Origin: an uncultured Actinomycetota bacterium
GTDB lineage: Bacteria > Actinomycetota > Actinomycetes > JAHEKZ01
Reading direction: 5' to 3'
Assembly: GCA_963743915.1 (NCBI GenBank)
Contig: CAVURN010000003.1
Location: forward strand, 128,001 to 192,000
Length of the DNA stretch: 64,000 nucleotides
Positions 20,743-31,918 of the stretch are shown piece by piece. The first letter of the stretch is position 1. Every line of letters begins with the position of its first letter. Under the pieces are notes generated by a model. That model saw only the letters and a list, made by a program, of their open reading frames with translations, was not told the DNA's origin and ran no database searches. The translations under genes and the position numbers were made by a program.

Positions 20743-23190
20743 CTAGCTGCGGATCCTCGCAGACGTCGGGTCGTACATCGGGCGCAGTGACGCCGTCACG
20801 GTGTGCCGCTGGTCGGCGACCTCGATCTCGTAGCGTGCCGCTCTCGACCCACTCGCGGTCGACGATGTGGTCGGCAGCCGACGTACCCCAGCACCACGGA
20901 CGCCCCGAGCGTCCAGCCGTAGCTCGCGGACGCCACCTTGCCCACCTTCACGCCGTCGCGGTAGATCGGCTCGTCGTGGTACGCGAGCACCTCCGGGTCG
21001 TCGAAGCGCGAGCTGCACGAGCAGGCGGTCGACGCCCGCGTCGCGCTGACGCAGCAGCGCGTCCCGACCGATGAACCCGTCGGGCTTGTCCCACGCCACG
21101 GCGAAGCCGAGCCCTGCCTGCAGCGGCGTGTCCGCCCACCCGATGTCGTGGCCCCAGCTGCGGTACGCCTTCTCCATCCGCAGCGAGTTGAGCGCGTGGT
21201 ACCCGGCGTGCCGCAGCCCCACGGGGTGCACCGGCCTCGGCCAGCGTGCGGTAGACGTGCACGGCCTGGTCGGCCGGGACCAGCAGCTCCCAGCCGAGCT
21301 CACCGACGTAGGTCAGCCGGGTGGCGCGCACGAACGTCGCGCCCAGGTCGATCATCCGCGAGGCGCCGAAGCCGAACGACTCGTGCGAAAGGTCGGCGTC
21401 GGTCAGCCCCTGCAGCAGCTCGCGGGACCGCGGCCCCATCACCGACAGCATCGCCAGGCCCGCGCTGACGTCGGACACGGTGACGAAGGAGTCACCGATG
21501 TGCTTGCGCAACCGATCCATCTCGCGTCCGACGGTGGCGGCAGCGGTGAGCACCAGCCACTCCTGCTCCGCGACCCGCGTGACCGTGACGTCCGCCTCGA
21601 TGCCGCCCCGGTCGTTGAGCCACTGGGTGTAGACGGTGCGCCCTGGCTCGACGTCGACGTCGTTCGCCGACAGATGCTGCAGCAGCGTGCCGGCGTCCCG
21701 GCCCTGCACGGAGATCTTGCCGAAGGAGCTGAGGTCGAACAGCCCGACCTGCTCACGCACTGCGCGGTGTTCCGCCGCCCAGTGCTCGAACCACTTGGCC
21801 TTGCCGTAGGAGTGGTCGTAGCGCGGGTCGCACCGGCCGGCGCGAACCAGTTGGCGCGCTCCCACCCGGCCACTTCGCCGAACACCGCACCCGCGGCCGC
21901 CATCTCCTCGTGCAGCGGTGAGCGGCGGATGCCGCGCATCGTCTCGCGCTGCTGGTACGGCCAGTGCATCGCGTACGCGAGGTCGAGCGTCTCGACCACG
22001 CGCTCCTCGAGGTACCGCCGGTTCACCTGGAACGGCACCACGCGTCGCGGGTCGACCTCGGGAAGGTCCATCGGGGGGCGGCCGTCGACGATCCAGTCGG
22101 CCAGCACCTTGCCCGCACCCGGGCCGCTGAGGAACCCGACCGAGTTGAAGCCGCAGGCGGCGTAGTAGTTGGTGAGCTCGGGAACCTCACCCAGGTAGTA
22201 CAGGCCGTCCGGCGTGAAGCTCTCCGGACCGCAGAAGAAGAGTCGGATGCCCGCGTCGGCGAGCAGCGGGATGCGCTCGACCATCTGCTCGTAGAACGGG
22301 CCGAGGTGCTCCCAGTTCTCCGGAAGCGTCGCGAACTCGGCGTCCGCAGGGATGCCGCGCGACATCCAGGGCGTGCTGCCCGCCTCGAAGAAGCCGACCA
22401 TCAGCTTGCCCGCGTCGTCCTTGACGTAGGACGAGTCGTCCGAGCTCTTGATGGTCGGCATGTCGGACGGCAGGTCGGGGATGTCCTCGGTGACGACGTA
22501 GTAGTGCGCGAGCGCTTGCAAGGGCAAGGCAACCCCGGCCTTGCTGCCGAACTCGCGGCCCCACATGCCGGTGCAGTTGACGACGTACTCCGCCTCGATG
22601 TCACCGGCGTCGGTGCTCACCCCGATGACGCGGTCGCCACGAACGTTCACGTCGGTCACGAGCGTCTGCTCGAAGATCTGTGCGCCGCCGTCGCGGGCAC
22701 CCTTGGCGAGCGCCATGGTGGTGTCGGTCGCATTGCCGCGACCGTCCGCCGGGTAGTGCAGCGCTCCCGCGAGACCCTCCGGGCTCAGCAGCGGGAAGAG
22801 CTCGACCGCGCGTGCGGCGTCCACCACCTCGACCTCGACGTCGCTGGAGCGGTGCGCGGACGCCTGGCGCAGCAGCTCCTCCCACCGCACGTCGTTCATT
22901 GCCAGGTGAAGCGTCCCGGTGCGGCGGAACCCGGTGCCCAGTCCGGTCTCGGCCTCCAGCGACTGGAAGACCTCGAGGCTCTGCTGCACGATCGCGCGGG
23001 TGCCATGTGTGGGGCGCGCGAGCGTGATGAGGCCAGCGGCGTGCCACGTGGTGCCGGACGTCAGGGACTTGCGCTCGAGCAGCACCACGTCCTTCCACCC
23101 GCGCTTGGTCAGGTGGTACGCGACGCTCGCGCCGACGACACCTCCGCCGACCACGACGACCTGCGCGCGCGAAGGGAGTTCCCGTGCCAT
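20743..23190 (-). CDS. GcvT-family FAD-dependent amine dehydrogenase (sarcosine/dimethylglycine dehydrogenase-like), frameshifted
   Basis: VVVGGGVVG, SGTTWHAAG, GPESFTPDG, GWERANWF, LFDLSSFGK, TYVGELGWEL, SLRMEKAYR, PMYDP. Confidence 0.9.
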
Positions 23191-23320
23191 GCGTCCACTC
23201 CGTTCGTCGTCGCGGGGCCGATGGGTCGAACGGCAGCGTACGCCCGCCCATTTCCTACGGCAGGGCGCCACGATTACCCGTCCTGCGGCGTGACCGTGGC
23301 GCTCTGGCGTTGGAAAGCTG

Positions 23321-23948
23321 CTACCGCACGCCGGGCGGGCGGAACTGGATCGAGATCCGGGGGCCACACGGCTTGGCGGTCTTGGGGATCGCGTGCTCCC
23401 ACTCGCGCTGGCAGGCGCCCCCCATGACGAGCAGGTCGCCGTGGCCGAGCATGAAGCGCGCGGACGCCCCACCACCTCGTGGACGAAGCAGCAGCGCCCG
23501 GGGGGCACCGATCGAGAGGATCGCGACCAGCGTGTCCTCAGTGCGGCCGCGCCCGATCGTGTCGCCGTGCCACGCGACGCTGTCGCGTCCGTCCCGGTAC
23601 AGGCACATGCCTGCGGTGGCGAAGCCCTCGGGCAGCACGTCGCGGTAGTGCGCAGACAACCGGAAGCGGGCCTCGGACAGCACCGGGTGCGGCAGCTCGG
23701 CGTCGGCGTCGTACCAGCTGACCAGCCGCGGGACGTCGACGACGGTGTCGTACATCTGTCGCTTCTCGGCGCGCCACGGTGCGTGCGCGGCGACGGCGTC
23801 GAAGAGGGCGTCCGACCCCTGCACCCAGCCGAGCCGGTGGTCGACCCAGCTGCGGGCGTCCAGCTGCGTGCGAGTGAGTCCGAGCGGACAGCTGCTCGAG
23901 GGCGGGCTCGGTCGCTGTGTCGAACAGCGACGTCTGCAGCACAGCCAT
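23321..23948 (-). CDS. AlkB-family 2OG-Fe(II) dioxygenase (frameshift near 23880)
   Basis: RQMYDTVVDVPRL, LYRDGRDSVAWHGD, HGDLLVMGG.CQ..WEHAIPK, PRISIQFR. Confidence 0.9.
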
Positions 23949-23968
23949 GGAGCGACGCTAGCACTGGT

Positions 23969-23984
23969 TCGAACAGGTGTACGA
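23969..23984. promoter_or_regulatory. LexA (SOS) box upstream of the alkB-like gene
   Basis: TCGAAC-AGGT-GTACGA, one mismatch to TCGAAC-N4-GTTCGA, next to a leaderless TAGCGT -10 on the minus strand. Confidence 0.75.
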
Positions 23985-23995
23985 GAGATTGGTCG

Positions 23996-24012
23996 TGTCA
24001 ACGCTGTTGACA
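23996..24012. promoter_or_regulatory. TetR operator palindrome
   Basis: TGTCAAC-GCT-GTTGACA about 30 bp before the tetR start. Confidence 0.75.
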
Positions 24013-24043
24013 ACGTCGTGGACGCCGCGCCAGACTCCAGCCC

Positions 24044-24763
24044 GTGCCCACCGACACCGTCCGCCGCGCGGTCACTCCCGAGGGCGGTGAGGCCCTCCGC
24101 GCCGAGCTGTCGCGCGAGCGGATCCTGGACGCCGCCGAGACGCTGATCGACCGCGAGGGCGACGGTGCCCTCACCTTCCGGCGGCTCGGCGCCGAGCTCG
24201 GCGCCGACCCCACCGCCGCCTACCGCTACTTCCGCAACAAGGACGACCTGCTGCTCGCGCTCGGCGACCGCCTGCTCGGCGAGGCCATCACCGCCGGCAC
24301 CGACGGCCTCACGGCGGACGCTGACTGGCGCACCGCCTTCGGCACGATGGCTCGGGCACTGCGCAACACGCTGGTCCGTCACCCGCGCCTGGCCACGCTG
24401 GTGAGCGTGCGCATCACCCAGGGCGAGCACGAGGCGTACGGCATCGAGCGGGGGATGGCGGTCCTGGCCGGAACCGGTCTGTCGACACGCGACGTCGTCG
24501 GCATCCAGCGCGCCTTCGCCGACACCGTCCTCGCCTGGTGCGCGTACTCGGCGTCGTTTCTCGCCCTTCCGGACGGAGGCGAAGGCGCGGGACGAGGCCG
24601 CGTGGGCCACCACGTACGCACGACTGCCCGAGGACGAGTATCCCGCACATCCACGCCGCGCAGCCCGTACTTCGACGAGTTCGACGACGCCTTCGACCTC
24701 GCCCTCGAGCTGCTGCTCGACGGCATCGCTGCCCGTATCACTCGATCACAGGAGACCGCATGA
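24044..24763 (+). CDS. TetR-family regulator
   Basis: LSRERILDAA..LTFRRLGAELGADPTAAYRYFRNKDDLL; probable compensating indels at about 24580-24660. Confidence 0.9.
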   Translation: MPTDTVRRAVTPEGGEALRAELSRERILDAAETLIDREGDGALTFRRLGAELGADPTAAYRYFRNKDDLLLALGDRLLGEAITAGTDGLTADADWRTAFGTMARALRNTLVRHPRLATLVSVRITQGEHEAYGIERGMAVLAGTGLSTRDVVGIQRAFADTVLAWCAYSASFLALPDGGEGAGRGRVGHHVRTTARGRVSRTSTPRSPYFDEFDDAFDLALELLLDGIAARITRSQETA

Positions 24764-26662
24764 CCAACCTCAGCCGCCGTCACTTCCTCGGCGCATCGGC
24801 AGCTGCAGGCGCCGGTGCCGCAGCGGTCACCGTGCCCGCCTTCGCACAGAGTGCGGCCGCGTCCGGCACCAAGGCCGCGACGATCGTCCGCAACGCCCGC
24901 GTGTTCGTAGGAGACGACGCCAACACCATGGCCGACGCGGTGGCCATCGGCACCGACGGGCGGATCCTCGCGGTCGGCACGAACCGGCAGGTGGCCGCGT
25001 ACTCCGGGTACGGCACCGAGGTCGTCGACGCCAAGGGCGGCACGGTCATGTCGGGCATCCACGACGGCCACGTCCACCCCATGTACGCGGGACTGCGGGC
25101 CCTCAACCCGTCACTCGAGGACGCCGAGCTCACCGCCGTCGAGGTGCAGGACCTGGTCGCCACGTTCCTGGCTGACCCTGCGTTCGGCTCGGAGCCGGAC
25201 GCATGGCTCACCGTCGAGGCGTGGAACCCCGCCGGTACCCCGAGCGACACCCTGCCGCACAAGGACATCCTCGACTCGCTGGCCACGTCTCGCCCCATTG
25301 CCCTCAGCGGATCGGACGGGCACAACACGTGGGTCAACAGCAAGGCGCTCCAGATCGCGGGCATCGACCAGAACACCCCGGACCCGACCGGTGGTGAGAT
25401 CGTCCGCGACAACAACGGCGAGGCCACCGGCGTCCTCAAGGACGCCGCGCAGGGGCTGGTGACCCAGTACATCCCGGAGCCGACTCCTGAGGTGATGTAC
25501 GACGCCTTCGTCAGCGCGTTCGCGCAGATGGCCGCAGGCGGCATCACCACCGTCCTGGACGCGTACGTGGACCCGTGGCAGCTCGACTTCTACGCGGCGA
25601 TGGCCGAGAACGGCCACCTCACCACGCGGACCTTCCCCGCGCTGCTCGCTGCCGACCGGAACGTCAACCACCCGCACCGTTACCTGGCCAAGGTCAAGGA
25701 GCTCGCCGCCACATACGGCTCAGTACCCCGACTGCACTTCGGCAACATCAAGATCTTCATGGACGGCGTCATCGAGTACCCGGCGCAGACCGCCGCCCTG
25801 CTCAAGCCGTACCTGGACGCCAACGGCAACCCGACCAACAACTCCGGCGACCTGTACTTCGACGCCGAGGCGCTCGGTCGGTTCACCCGCGTCTTCGACG
25901 CCGCCGGGCTGGCAGGTGCACACCCACGCGATCGGCGACGGCGCCGTCCGCGCCGCCCTCGACGGGTTCGAGATCGCGCGGAAGGCCAACGGCAACCGGC
26001 GCAAGCGTCACACCATCGCGCACCTGCAGCTCGTCCACCCTGCCGACTACGGCCGGTTCGCCGAGCTGAACGTCGTGCCGACCATGCAGCTGCAGTGGGC
26101 CACCCGCAACGTCTGGACCATGGAGGCGCTGCTCCCGTTCATCGGCGAGAAGCGTCACGCCCGGATGTACCCGGCGAAGAGCATGCTCGACGCCGGCGCG
26201 CCGCTCGCCGGTGGATCCGACTGGCCGGTCGACCCGTTGTACCCCTGGAACCAGGTGCAGACCGCGATCGACCGCATGGGCCTCTACGGCGAGGAGTCAC
26301 CGCTCGGGATCCACGAGGCGATCTCGCGCCGCGCGTCGCTGCGGATGCACACCCGCGGCACGGCGTACCAGCTGCACCAGGACAAGAAGACCGGAACCGT
26401 GGAGGTGGGCAAGCTCGCCGACCTCGTCGTGCTCGACCGCGACGTGAGCACGTGCCCGGTGTCCGAGATCAAGGACTCGGTGCCGCAGCTCACTCTCGTC
26501 GGCGGGAAGGCCACGTTCGACATCACCACCGCCTCCGGACGCTCCGCCCGCCGCGCCCTCGACGCCGCCATGGCGACCAAGGGAGCGGTCGGACGCGTCC
26601 GTCACGACAAGCTCGGCGGACGTCACAACGGCTGTCCCTGCACCACGTCTCAGCCCAAGTAG
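24760..26662 (+). CDS. Tat-exported YtcJ-like amidohydrolase (frameshift near 25905)
   Basis: SRRHFLG Tat motif; DGHVHP, KIFMDG, HAIGD, IAHLQ, GSDWPV, GKLADLVVLD. Confidence 0.9.
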
Positions 26663-26673
26663 GCCGAGGAGCG

Positions 26674-27096
26674 TCAGCCCATCGGGCCGCGCTGCGTCAG
26701 CCTGGCGTTGTTGCCCGACGGGTCGCGGAACGCGCAGTCGATCCCGTAGGGCTGCTGCGTGGGCTTCTCGGTGAACTCGACGCCGCGCGAGGAGAGCTCT
26801 TCGTAGGTCTTCATCACGTCGTCAGTGGTGAGGAAGACCGTGCCCGAGAAGCCCATCGCGGTGAGCTCGGCCACCTTGGTGCGTGTCTCCTCGTCCATCA
26901 CCGGCGGGCCGGGGATGGCCATGAGCACGATGGCGATGTCGTCCTGGTCACGCGGACTCACGGTGAGCCAACGGAAGTTGCCCATCTCCGGCACGGTGAC
27001 GTCCTCACGGACCTCCATCCCGACCTTGTCGCGCCAGAACGCCAGCGCCTCGTCCTGGTCATGCACCCAGAGCTGCGTCGTGCTGATCCGCATCAC
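26674..27096 (-). CDS. VOC/glyoxalase-family protein
   Basis: VHDQDEALAFW..FRWLTV..RGVEF...PYGIDCAFRDPSGN. Confidence 0.92.
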   Translation of the reverse strand: MMRISTTQLWVHDQDEALAFWRDKVGMEVREDVTVPEMGNFRWLTVSPRDQDDIAIVLMAIPGPPVMDEETRTKVAELTAMGFSGTVFLTTDDVMKTYEELSSRGVEFTEKPTQQPYGIDCAFRDPSGNNARLTQRGPMG

Positions 27097-27148
27097 GGTG
27101 AGTCCTTCCGTCGTGGGGTCGTCGGTTCCTCGAACCTACGGAAGCGAC

Positions 27149-27583
27149 TCAACCGACGTCTTCTCCATTCGTGCTCTTCACCGGACGACCGTAGGCCTTC
27201 AGGACGCAGAGCGGGATCACCGCCAGGCTGGCCGCCGAGGGGAACGACTGCCGGTACTCGATCGGGGTCTGGCCGAAGACGCGACGGAAGCTCGATGTGA
27301 AGGAACCGACACTGGTCAGGCCGACCTGCATGCAGATGTCGGCCACCGAGTAGTCGGTGCCGCGCAGCAGGGTCGCCCCACGTTCAAGACGACGCGTCAA
27401 GAGATAGGCATGTGGCGTCTCGCCGAAGGCTCGACGAAACTCGCGGCTGAAATGCGCGCGTGACATGCACGCCGCGGCTGCAAGGTCGTCGACGGTGAGC
27501 GGCTCGGTGTACCGCGCGTCCGCGAGGTCGCGGGCACGGATGAGGTGCCGCACCGCCGGCACCATCGTCTGGAGAGCCGACAT
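27149..27583 (-). CDS. Short AraC-family regulator
   Basis: MSRAHFSREFRRAFGETPHAYLLTRRLER..SVGSFTSSFRRVFG; the usual partner of the VOC gene. Confidence 0.92.
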   Translation of the reverse strand: MSALQTMVPAVRHLIRARDLADARYTEPLTVDDLAAAACMSRAHFSREFRRAFGETPHAYLLTRRLERGATLLRGTDYSVADICMQVGLTSVGSFTSSFRRVFGQTPIEYRQSFPSAASLAVIPLCVLKAYGRPVKSTNGEDVG

Positions 27584-27623
27584 CCGGCCAGGGTAGACGG
27601 CTGATCGTCGCGGAGGGTAGGCC

Positions 27624-28130
27624 TCAGCCTCGCAGCAGCTCCGCGGCCTGCAGTGCGCCCACCCGCTCGGCCTCCTCCAGGGGTGTGGCGTCGTCATCGA
27701 CACCGGTGCGCGTCGCTCGACTTGCCCCCAGCTCCAGCAGGACGCGCACCAGGTCTGCGTCGTTCTGGCTGGCCGCCGCGTGCAACGCCGTCCAGCCGTT
27801 GATGCCCCGGCGTTCGAGATCCGCTCCGGCATCGACCAGGACGCGGACGAGCCCGACCCGGTCCTCGCGACCTGACATCACCGCTCCCAACAGCGCGGGG
27901 AAGCCGTCGGCTGCCTCGAAGTTCACGTCCCCGCCCTCATCGACGAGGTCTGCGACGACCACTGCGGGGGCCCATGAGATCGCCAGTGCCATGAGCGGAG
28001 TACCGGTGTAGGGCTCGTCCACGTTCGGGAAGCCCGGTTGCGTGAGCAGCGCCTCGGGCAGCTCGTCGAGGCGTCCGGAGCGCAAGGCACGCTCGGTCTG
28101 CAGGTGGCGGCGCATGGCGTCGTCGATCAC
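27624..28130 (-). CDS. Ankyrin-repeat protein
   Basis: GTPLMALAI, GGDVN, GADLE..GINGWTALHAAA, ATPLEEA. Confidence 0.85.
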   Translation of the reverse strand: MIDDAMRRHLQTERALRSGRLDELPEALLTQPGFPNVDEPYTGTPLMALAISWAPAVVVADLVDEGGDVNFEAADGFPALLGAVMSGREDRVGLVRVLVDAGADLERRGINGWTALHAAASQNDADLVRVLLELGASRATRTGVDDDATPLEEAERVGALQAAELLRG

Positions 28131-28177
28131 CGGGCCAGGCTAACCCCGCCTGTGGGGGGCCATTAGGCTCACCGGCC

Positions 28178-28480
28178 ATGGCCGAGTACCAGATCACCTC
28201 GTGGCGGGACCTGCCCTCGATGGTGGTCGCCCGTGAGGGCGACGCCGTGACCAAGGTGCAGCTCGCCGCGCGGTTCCAGGAGGCGATCGACGAGGCCGCC
28301 ATGCGCCTCGGCGAGACCGGCAGCGACGAGTACCTGGCGGGTTGGACGCGCTCGGAGTGGACGGCGATGGACGGAGACAACTCCCAGGTCGCGGCCGCAG
28401 TCTCGGCCCAGCTCGAGGAGTCATGGACGGCGGAGCGGCTGGCCGCGTACCTCGACGGATTGGGCCCTGCCTCCGCCTGA
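28178..28480 (+). CDS. 'Virulence factor' family small protein
   Basis: ITSWRDLPSMVVA..L.ARFQEAIDEAAM..G..GSDEYLAGW signature. Confidence 0.75.
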   Translation: MAEYQITSWRDLPSMVVAREGDAVTKVQLAARFQEAIDEAAMRLGETGSDEYLAGWTRSEWTAMDGDNSQVAAAVSAQLEESWTAERLAAYLDGLGPASA

Positions 28481-28541
28481 GGAGCGTCCTGAGGCCTCGT
28501 AAGGGTGTTCGGCGGTGGGCTCGGTCCGGTAGAACACCGTC

Positions 28542-30188
28542 ATGGCCCCGCGCTTGCTGCCTGAGTCGCCGACGTTCCAGTCGGCGGCTGAGGAGGCGGT
28601 CTGGACGGTGCTGCGCGACCAGCTGCCGGACGACGCGGTGCTCATCGCGAACCTGGGGTTGATGGATCGACGCGGCGACTGCGAGGCCGACCTCGCCGTC
28701 CTCTGGCCGGAGTTCGGGATCGTCGTCATCGAGGTCAAGGGCGGTCACATCGCCCGCAAGCCGGACGGCTCGTGGATCCAGGTGGGCACCAACGGCTACC
28801 GCGGCAAGGTCGATCCGATCCGTCAGGCGCATCGAGGTCGCTACGCACTCAGCGGCTTCATCCGCGAGCGCACGCATCTGCGCAACCTGCGGATCACCCA
28901 CATGGTGGCCTTCCCGTACACCAAGGTCGCTGACGACTTCGCCGCGTCCGACTGCCCACGGTGGCGCATCCTCGACCAGCTGGACGTCGAGCTGTACGCC
29001 GCCGAGAAGGTGGCGCGCACCCTGCGCGACCTCGACGGCCCGGCCGCCCCGGATGCGTCCGAGATCGACCTCATCGTCGACGCGCTCACCGCTCGTCCCG
29101 GAACCCAGCGCGAGCAGATCAGCCTCTTGGCCGAGAAGGAGAACGCGGTCGAGCGGCTGACGCAGAAGCAGGCCGGCGTCCTTCACATGCTGCGGGACGT
29201 GCCGCGTCTGCTGGTGCGCGGGGGTGCCGGCACCGGCAAGTCGTACCTTGCACTCGAGCAGGCACGGCGCCTCACGCGTGAGGGCCAGCGCGTCGGACTG
29301 GTCTGCTACAGCCGCGGCCTGGCGTCCTTCGTCGCCCGTCGCGTCGCGACGTTGCCCGAGGCCGAGCGCCCCGAGTACGTCGGCACGTTCCACAACCTCG
29401 GCGTGCGCTGGGGGGCGCGACCACTCGAGGGCGCCTCGCAGGAGTACTGGGACGACGAGCTGCCCGTCGAGATGCTGGGGCTGGCGGCGTACCTGACGGC
29501 GTCGGAGAAGTTCGACGCGTTCGTCGTGGACGAGGCCCAGGACTTCGCAGACTCGTGGTGGCCGGCGCTGCTGGCAGGGCTGCGTGATCCGGACGCCGGT
29601 GGGCTCGCGATCTTCCTGGACGAAGGGCAGCGCGTGTTCGGACGCCAGGGCGTCCCACCGGCCGACCTCACGCCGATCACGCTTGACGAGAACCTGCGGA
29701 ACACCCGTCAGATCGCGCAGACCTTCGGCTCGCTGGCGCCGCAGCAGATGAAGTACGGCGGACTGGACGGGCTTCCGGTGCAGTTCGTCCCCTGCAACGT
29801 GCACGACGCCATCGGCGTCGCCGACGACGTGGTGACGATGCTGATGGAGTCCGGATGGCCGGCCGAGTCGCTGGCGTTGCTGACCACCGGTCGACGCCAC
29901 CCGGTGCAGCTCGAGCGGGTGGCGGCACGCGGGACGGGGGGCTACTGGGACAGCTTCTGGGACACCGATGACGCGTTCTACGGCCACGTCCTGGGCTTCA
30001 AGGGGCTCGAACGGCCTGTCGTGGTGCTCGCCGTCAACGGCTTCCGTGAGGTGGAGCGGGCACGCGAGATGCTCTACGTCGGCATGTCACGGGCCCGCGA
30101 CCTGCTGGTGGTGTGCGGCGACCCGACGCTGCTGCGCGAGCACGCCGGCGAGGGCGTGATGCGACGCCTCGGCGTCCCGGCGTCCTGA
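28542..30188 (+). CDS. NERD nuclease fused to an SF1 helicase-like ATPase
   Basis: EADL..IEVKGG; GGAGTGKS; VVDEAQD; ENLRNT; FKGLE; LYVGMSRAR. Confidence 0.9.
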   Translation: MAPRLLPESPTFQSAAEEAVWTVLRDQLPDDAVLIANLGLMDRRGDCEADLAVLWPEFGIVVIEVKGGHIARKPDGSWIQVGTNGYRGKVDPIRQAHRGRYALSGFIRERTHLRNLRITHMVAFPYTKVADDFAASDCPRWRILDQLDVELYAAEKVARTLRDLDGPAAPDASEIDLIVDALTARPGTQREQISLLAEKENAVERLTQKQAGVLHMLRDVPRLLVRGGAGTGKSYLALEQARRLTREGQRVGLVCYSRGLASFVARRVATLPEAERPEYVGTFHNLGVRWGARPLEGASQEYWDDELPVEMLGLAAYLTASEKFDAFVVDEAQDFADSWWPALLAGLRDPDAGGLAIFLDEGQRVFGRQGVPPADLTPITLDENLRNTRQIAQTFGSLAPQQMKYGGLDGLPVQFVPCNVHDAIGVADDVVTMLMESGWPAESLALLTTGRRHPVQLERVAARGTGGYWDSFWDTDDAFYGHVLGFKGLERPVVVLAVNGFREVERAREMLYVGMSRARDLLVVCGDPTLLREHAGEGVMRRLGVPAS

Positions 30189-30192
30189 GCGG

Positions 30193-30452
30193 TCAGCCGT
30201 TGCCCGGCTCCACCCCGAGACCAGCCAGCCACCGGCGATAGGTGCGCACCACGAGGTACAGGAGACGACGATCACGGCATAGGTGATCTGCCCCTTGAGG
30301 TAGGTCAGCCACACCGCCTCCGACGAGGACAGGCCACCGCGGCTCTCGGCGTCCGCGTACGTGAGCTGGAACACCAGGGGTGCCGTGAGCACCCAGAACC
30401 AGATCCACGGGTGGCGGCGCGGGTGCAGGTGGCTCCGTTCGGTCGCGGTCAT
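30193..30452 (-). CDS. Small membrane hypothetical protein (frameshifted)
   Basis: Two hydrophobic segments (WIWFWVLTAPLV; YAVIVV/LYLVVR). Confidence 0.45.
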
Positions 30453-30500
30453 GTCGCACAGTATCCACATCCGACGGGCGGCCCGTCGGATCTCGACGAC

Positions 30501-30628
30501 GCCGAGTGCGGAGCTGGATGATGGCGGAGCCAGTCGAGGGTGCGCCAGCACACTCGATGCAGCGGAGCGTCATCCGACGCCGCACTCGGCAGGCCTTTAC
30601 GTCATCCGGCGCCGCACTCGGCAGGCCT
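30501..30628. repeat. REP-like element, copy A (hairpin plus extra right arm)
   Basis: GCCGAGTGCG...CGCACTCGGC, then a second CGTCATCC..CGCACTCGGC. Confidence 0.85.
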
Positions 30629-30632
30629 CGGC

Positions 30633-31918
30633 TCAGACCGCGGAGCGGTAGACGTCCAGCACCCGGCGCACCGCCGCACGGAGCACACCGTCAGCGGTCA
30701 GACCGTCAGCGATGCGGGCACCGGGGACCTCGTCGGGCGGCGAGCCACGGAAGGTACTGGCTGACCAGCTCGTCGGGGAGGCCGGTCGACCCCAGGTTGG
30801 TCAGCAGCTCCTCGACGCGCGTCCTGCACCGCCGCGACCGGCCAGTAGTAGCGCGACCGGTCACTGCGCGAGTACTTGCGCGCGTGCGCCGCACGATCCG
30901 GATCGTCGGGGTAGAAGGGCTGCCAGTGGCCGGGATCCTCACGCATCGCGCGGTCGAGCACGTCGCGGACGCCGGACGCGCGCGTCCCCGAGCAGCTCGT
31001 CCTCGACGAACGTCAGGGCGAACAGTGCCTCGCGGTACGCGAAGGTCAGGCCGGGGCCCACCTTGAGGATCGCGAAGTGGTCCTCGACCAGCGCCCGCAG
31101 GGCGGCGCGTGACTGGTAGTCGGTGCTGTGCGCCTCGAAGACCATCGACACATCCGGCGGCAGACAGCTGCGCAGGTGCGCGGCCTGACCGGGCACGTAC
31201 TCGTAGAGCTCGGCGTCGGAGAACTCGACGCCCGGCTGCGCCACCACCGCGCGCACCCGCTGCCATGCGTCCGCCACACCCGGCGGCGCTGAACGCCAGG
31301 CGCGTCACCTCGATCGTCTCCTCGACGTCGTCGACCTTGCTCACGTGGATGCCGTGCTCCCCCGCCGACTCGCCGCCCGGCACCGGGACCTCGGTGCCGA
31401 TGACGTAGCGCGGCTCTGCGCCGCTGTCGGACGCCACCCGCTCGGCCACCACCGCCAGCCGCGCCGCCCGCTCGGCCACCAGCGCCGGTGCCAGCGGCCC
31501 TGGTCGGTCGTCGGCACAGCGCATCGAGGTGTCAAGGTGGATCTTGCGTGAACCCGGTCCGCACGTAGGCCTCGACCAGGTCCTCCGACTTGGCCATCGC
31601 CGTCTCGGCCGACAGGTGCTTCCAGGGGTTCGGGCCGAGGTGGTCACCTCCGAGCACGAGCCGTTCCGCGGGCAGCGCGTACTGCTCGGCCAGCTGCTCG
31701 ACCTCCCTCCGGAAGTCGACCGGCCGCATGCCGGTGTACCCACCGTCCTGGTTCACCTGGTTGCACGTCGCCTCGATCAGCACGACGTGGTCACCGGACG
31801 CGCCGTGCCGCACGGTCTCGTCGAGCACCAGCGGGTGGGCCGAGCACACCGAGGCGACCCCGGGCGTCCCGCCCGTGCGGTGCGCCGTCGCCAGCGCGTC
31901 GAGCACGTGCTCGCTCAC
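30633..31918 (-). CDS. GatZ/KbaZ-family protein (probable tagatose-6-phosphate 4-epimerase), frameshifted
   Basis: SVCSAHP, LIEATCNQVNQDGGYTGM, GGDHLGPN, IHLDTSM, YVIGTEVPVPGG, FEAHSTDYQ, ILKVGP, YSRSDRSRYYW. Confidence 0.9.

Noticed and set aside
28178-28480. Pathogenicity role implied by the family name 'virulence factor'
   Set aside because: The name is historical and nothing in the window supports virulence.
30501-30628. REP copies as a mini-CRISPR or IS ends
   Set aside because: Inverted rather than direct repeat-spacer layout; no transposase or target duplication seen.
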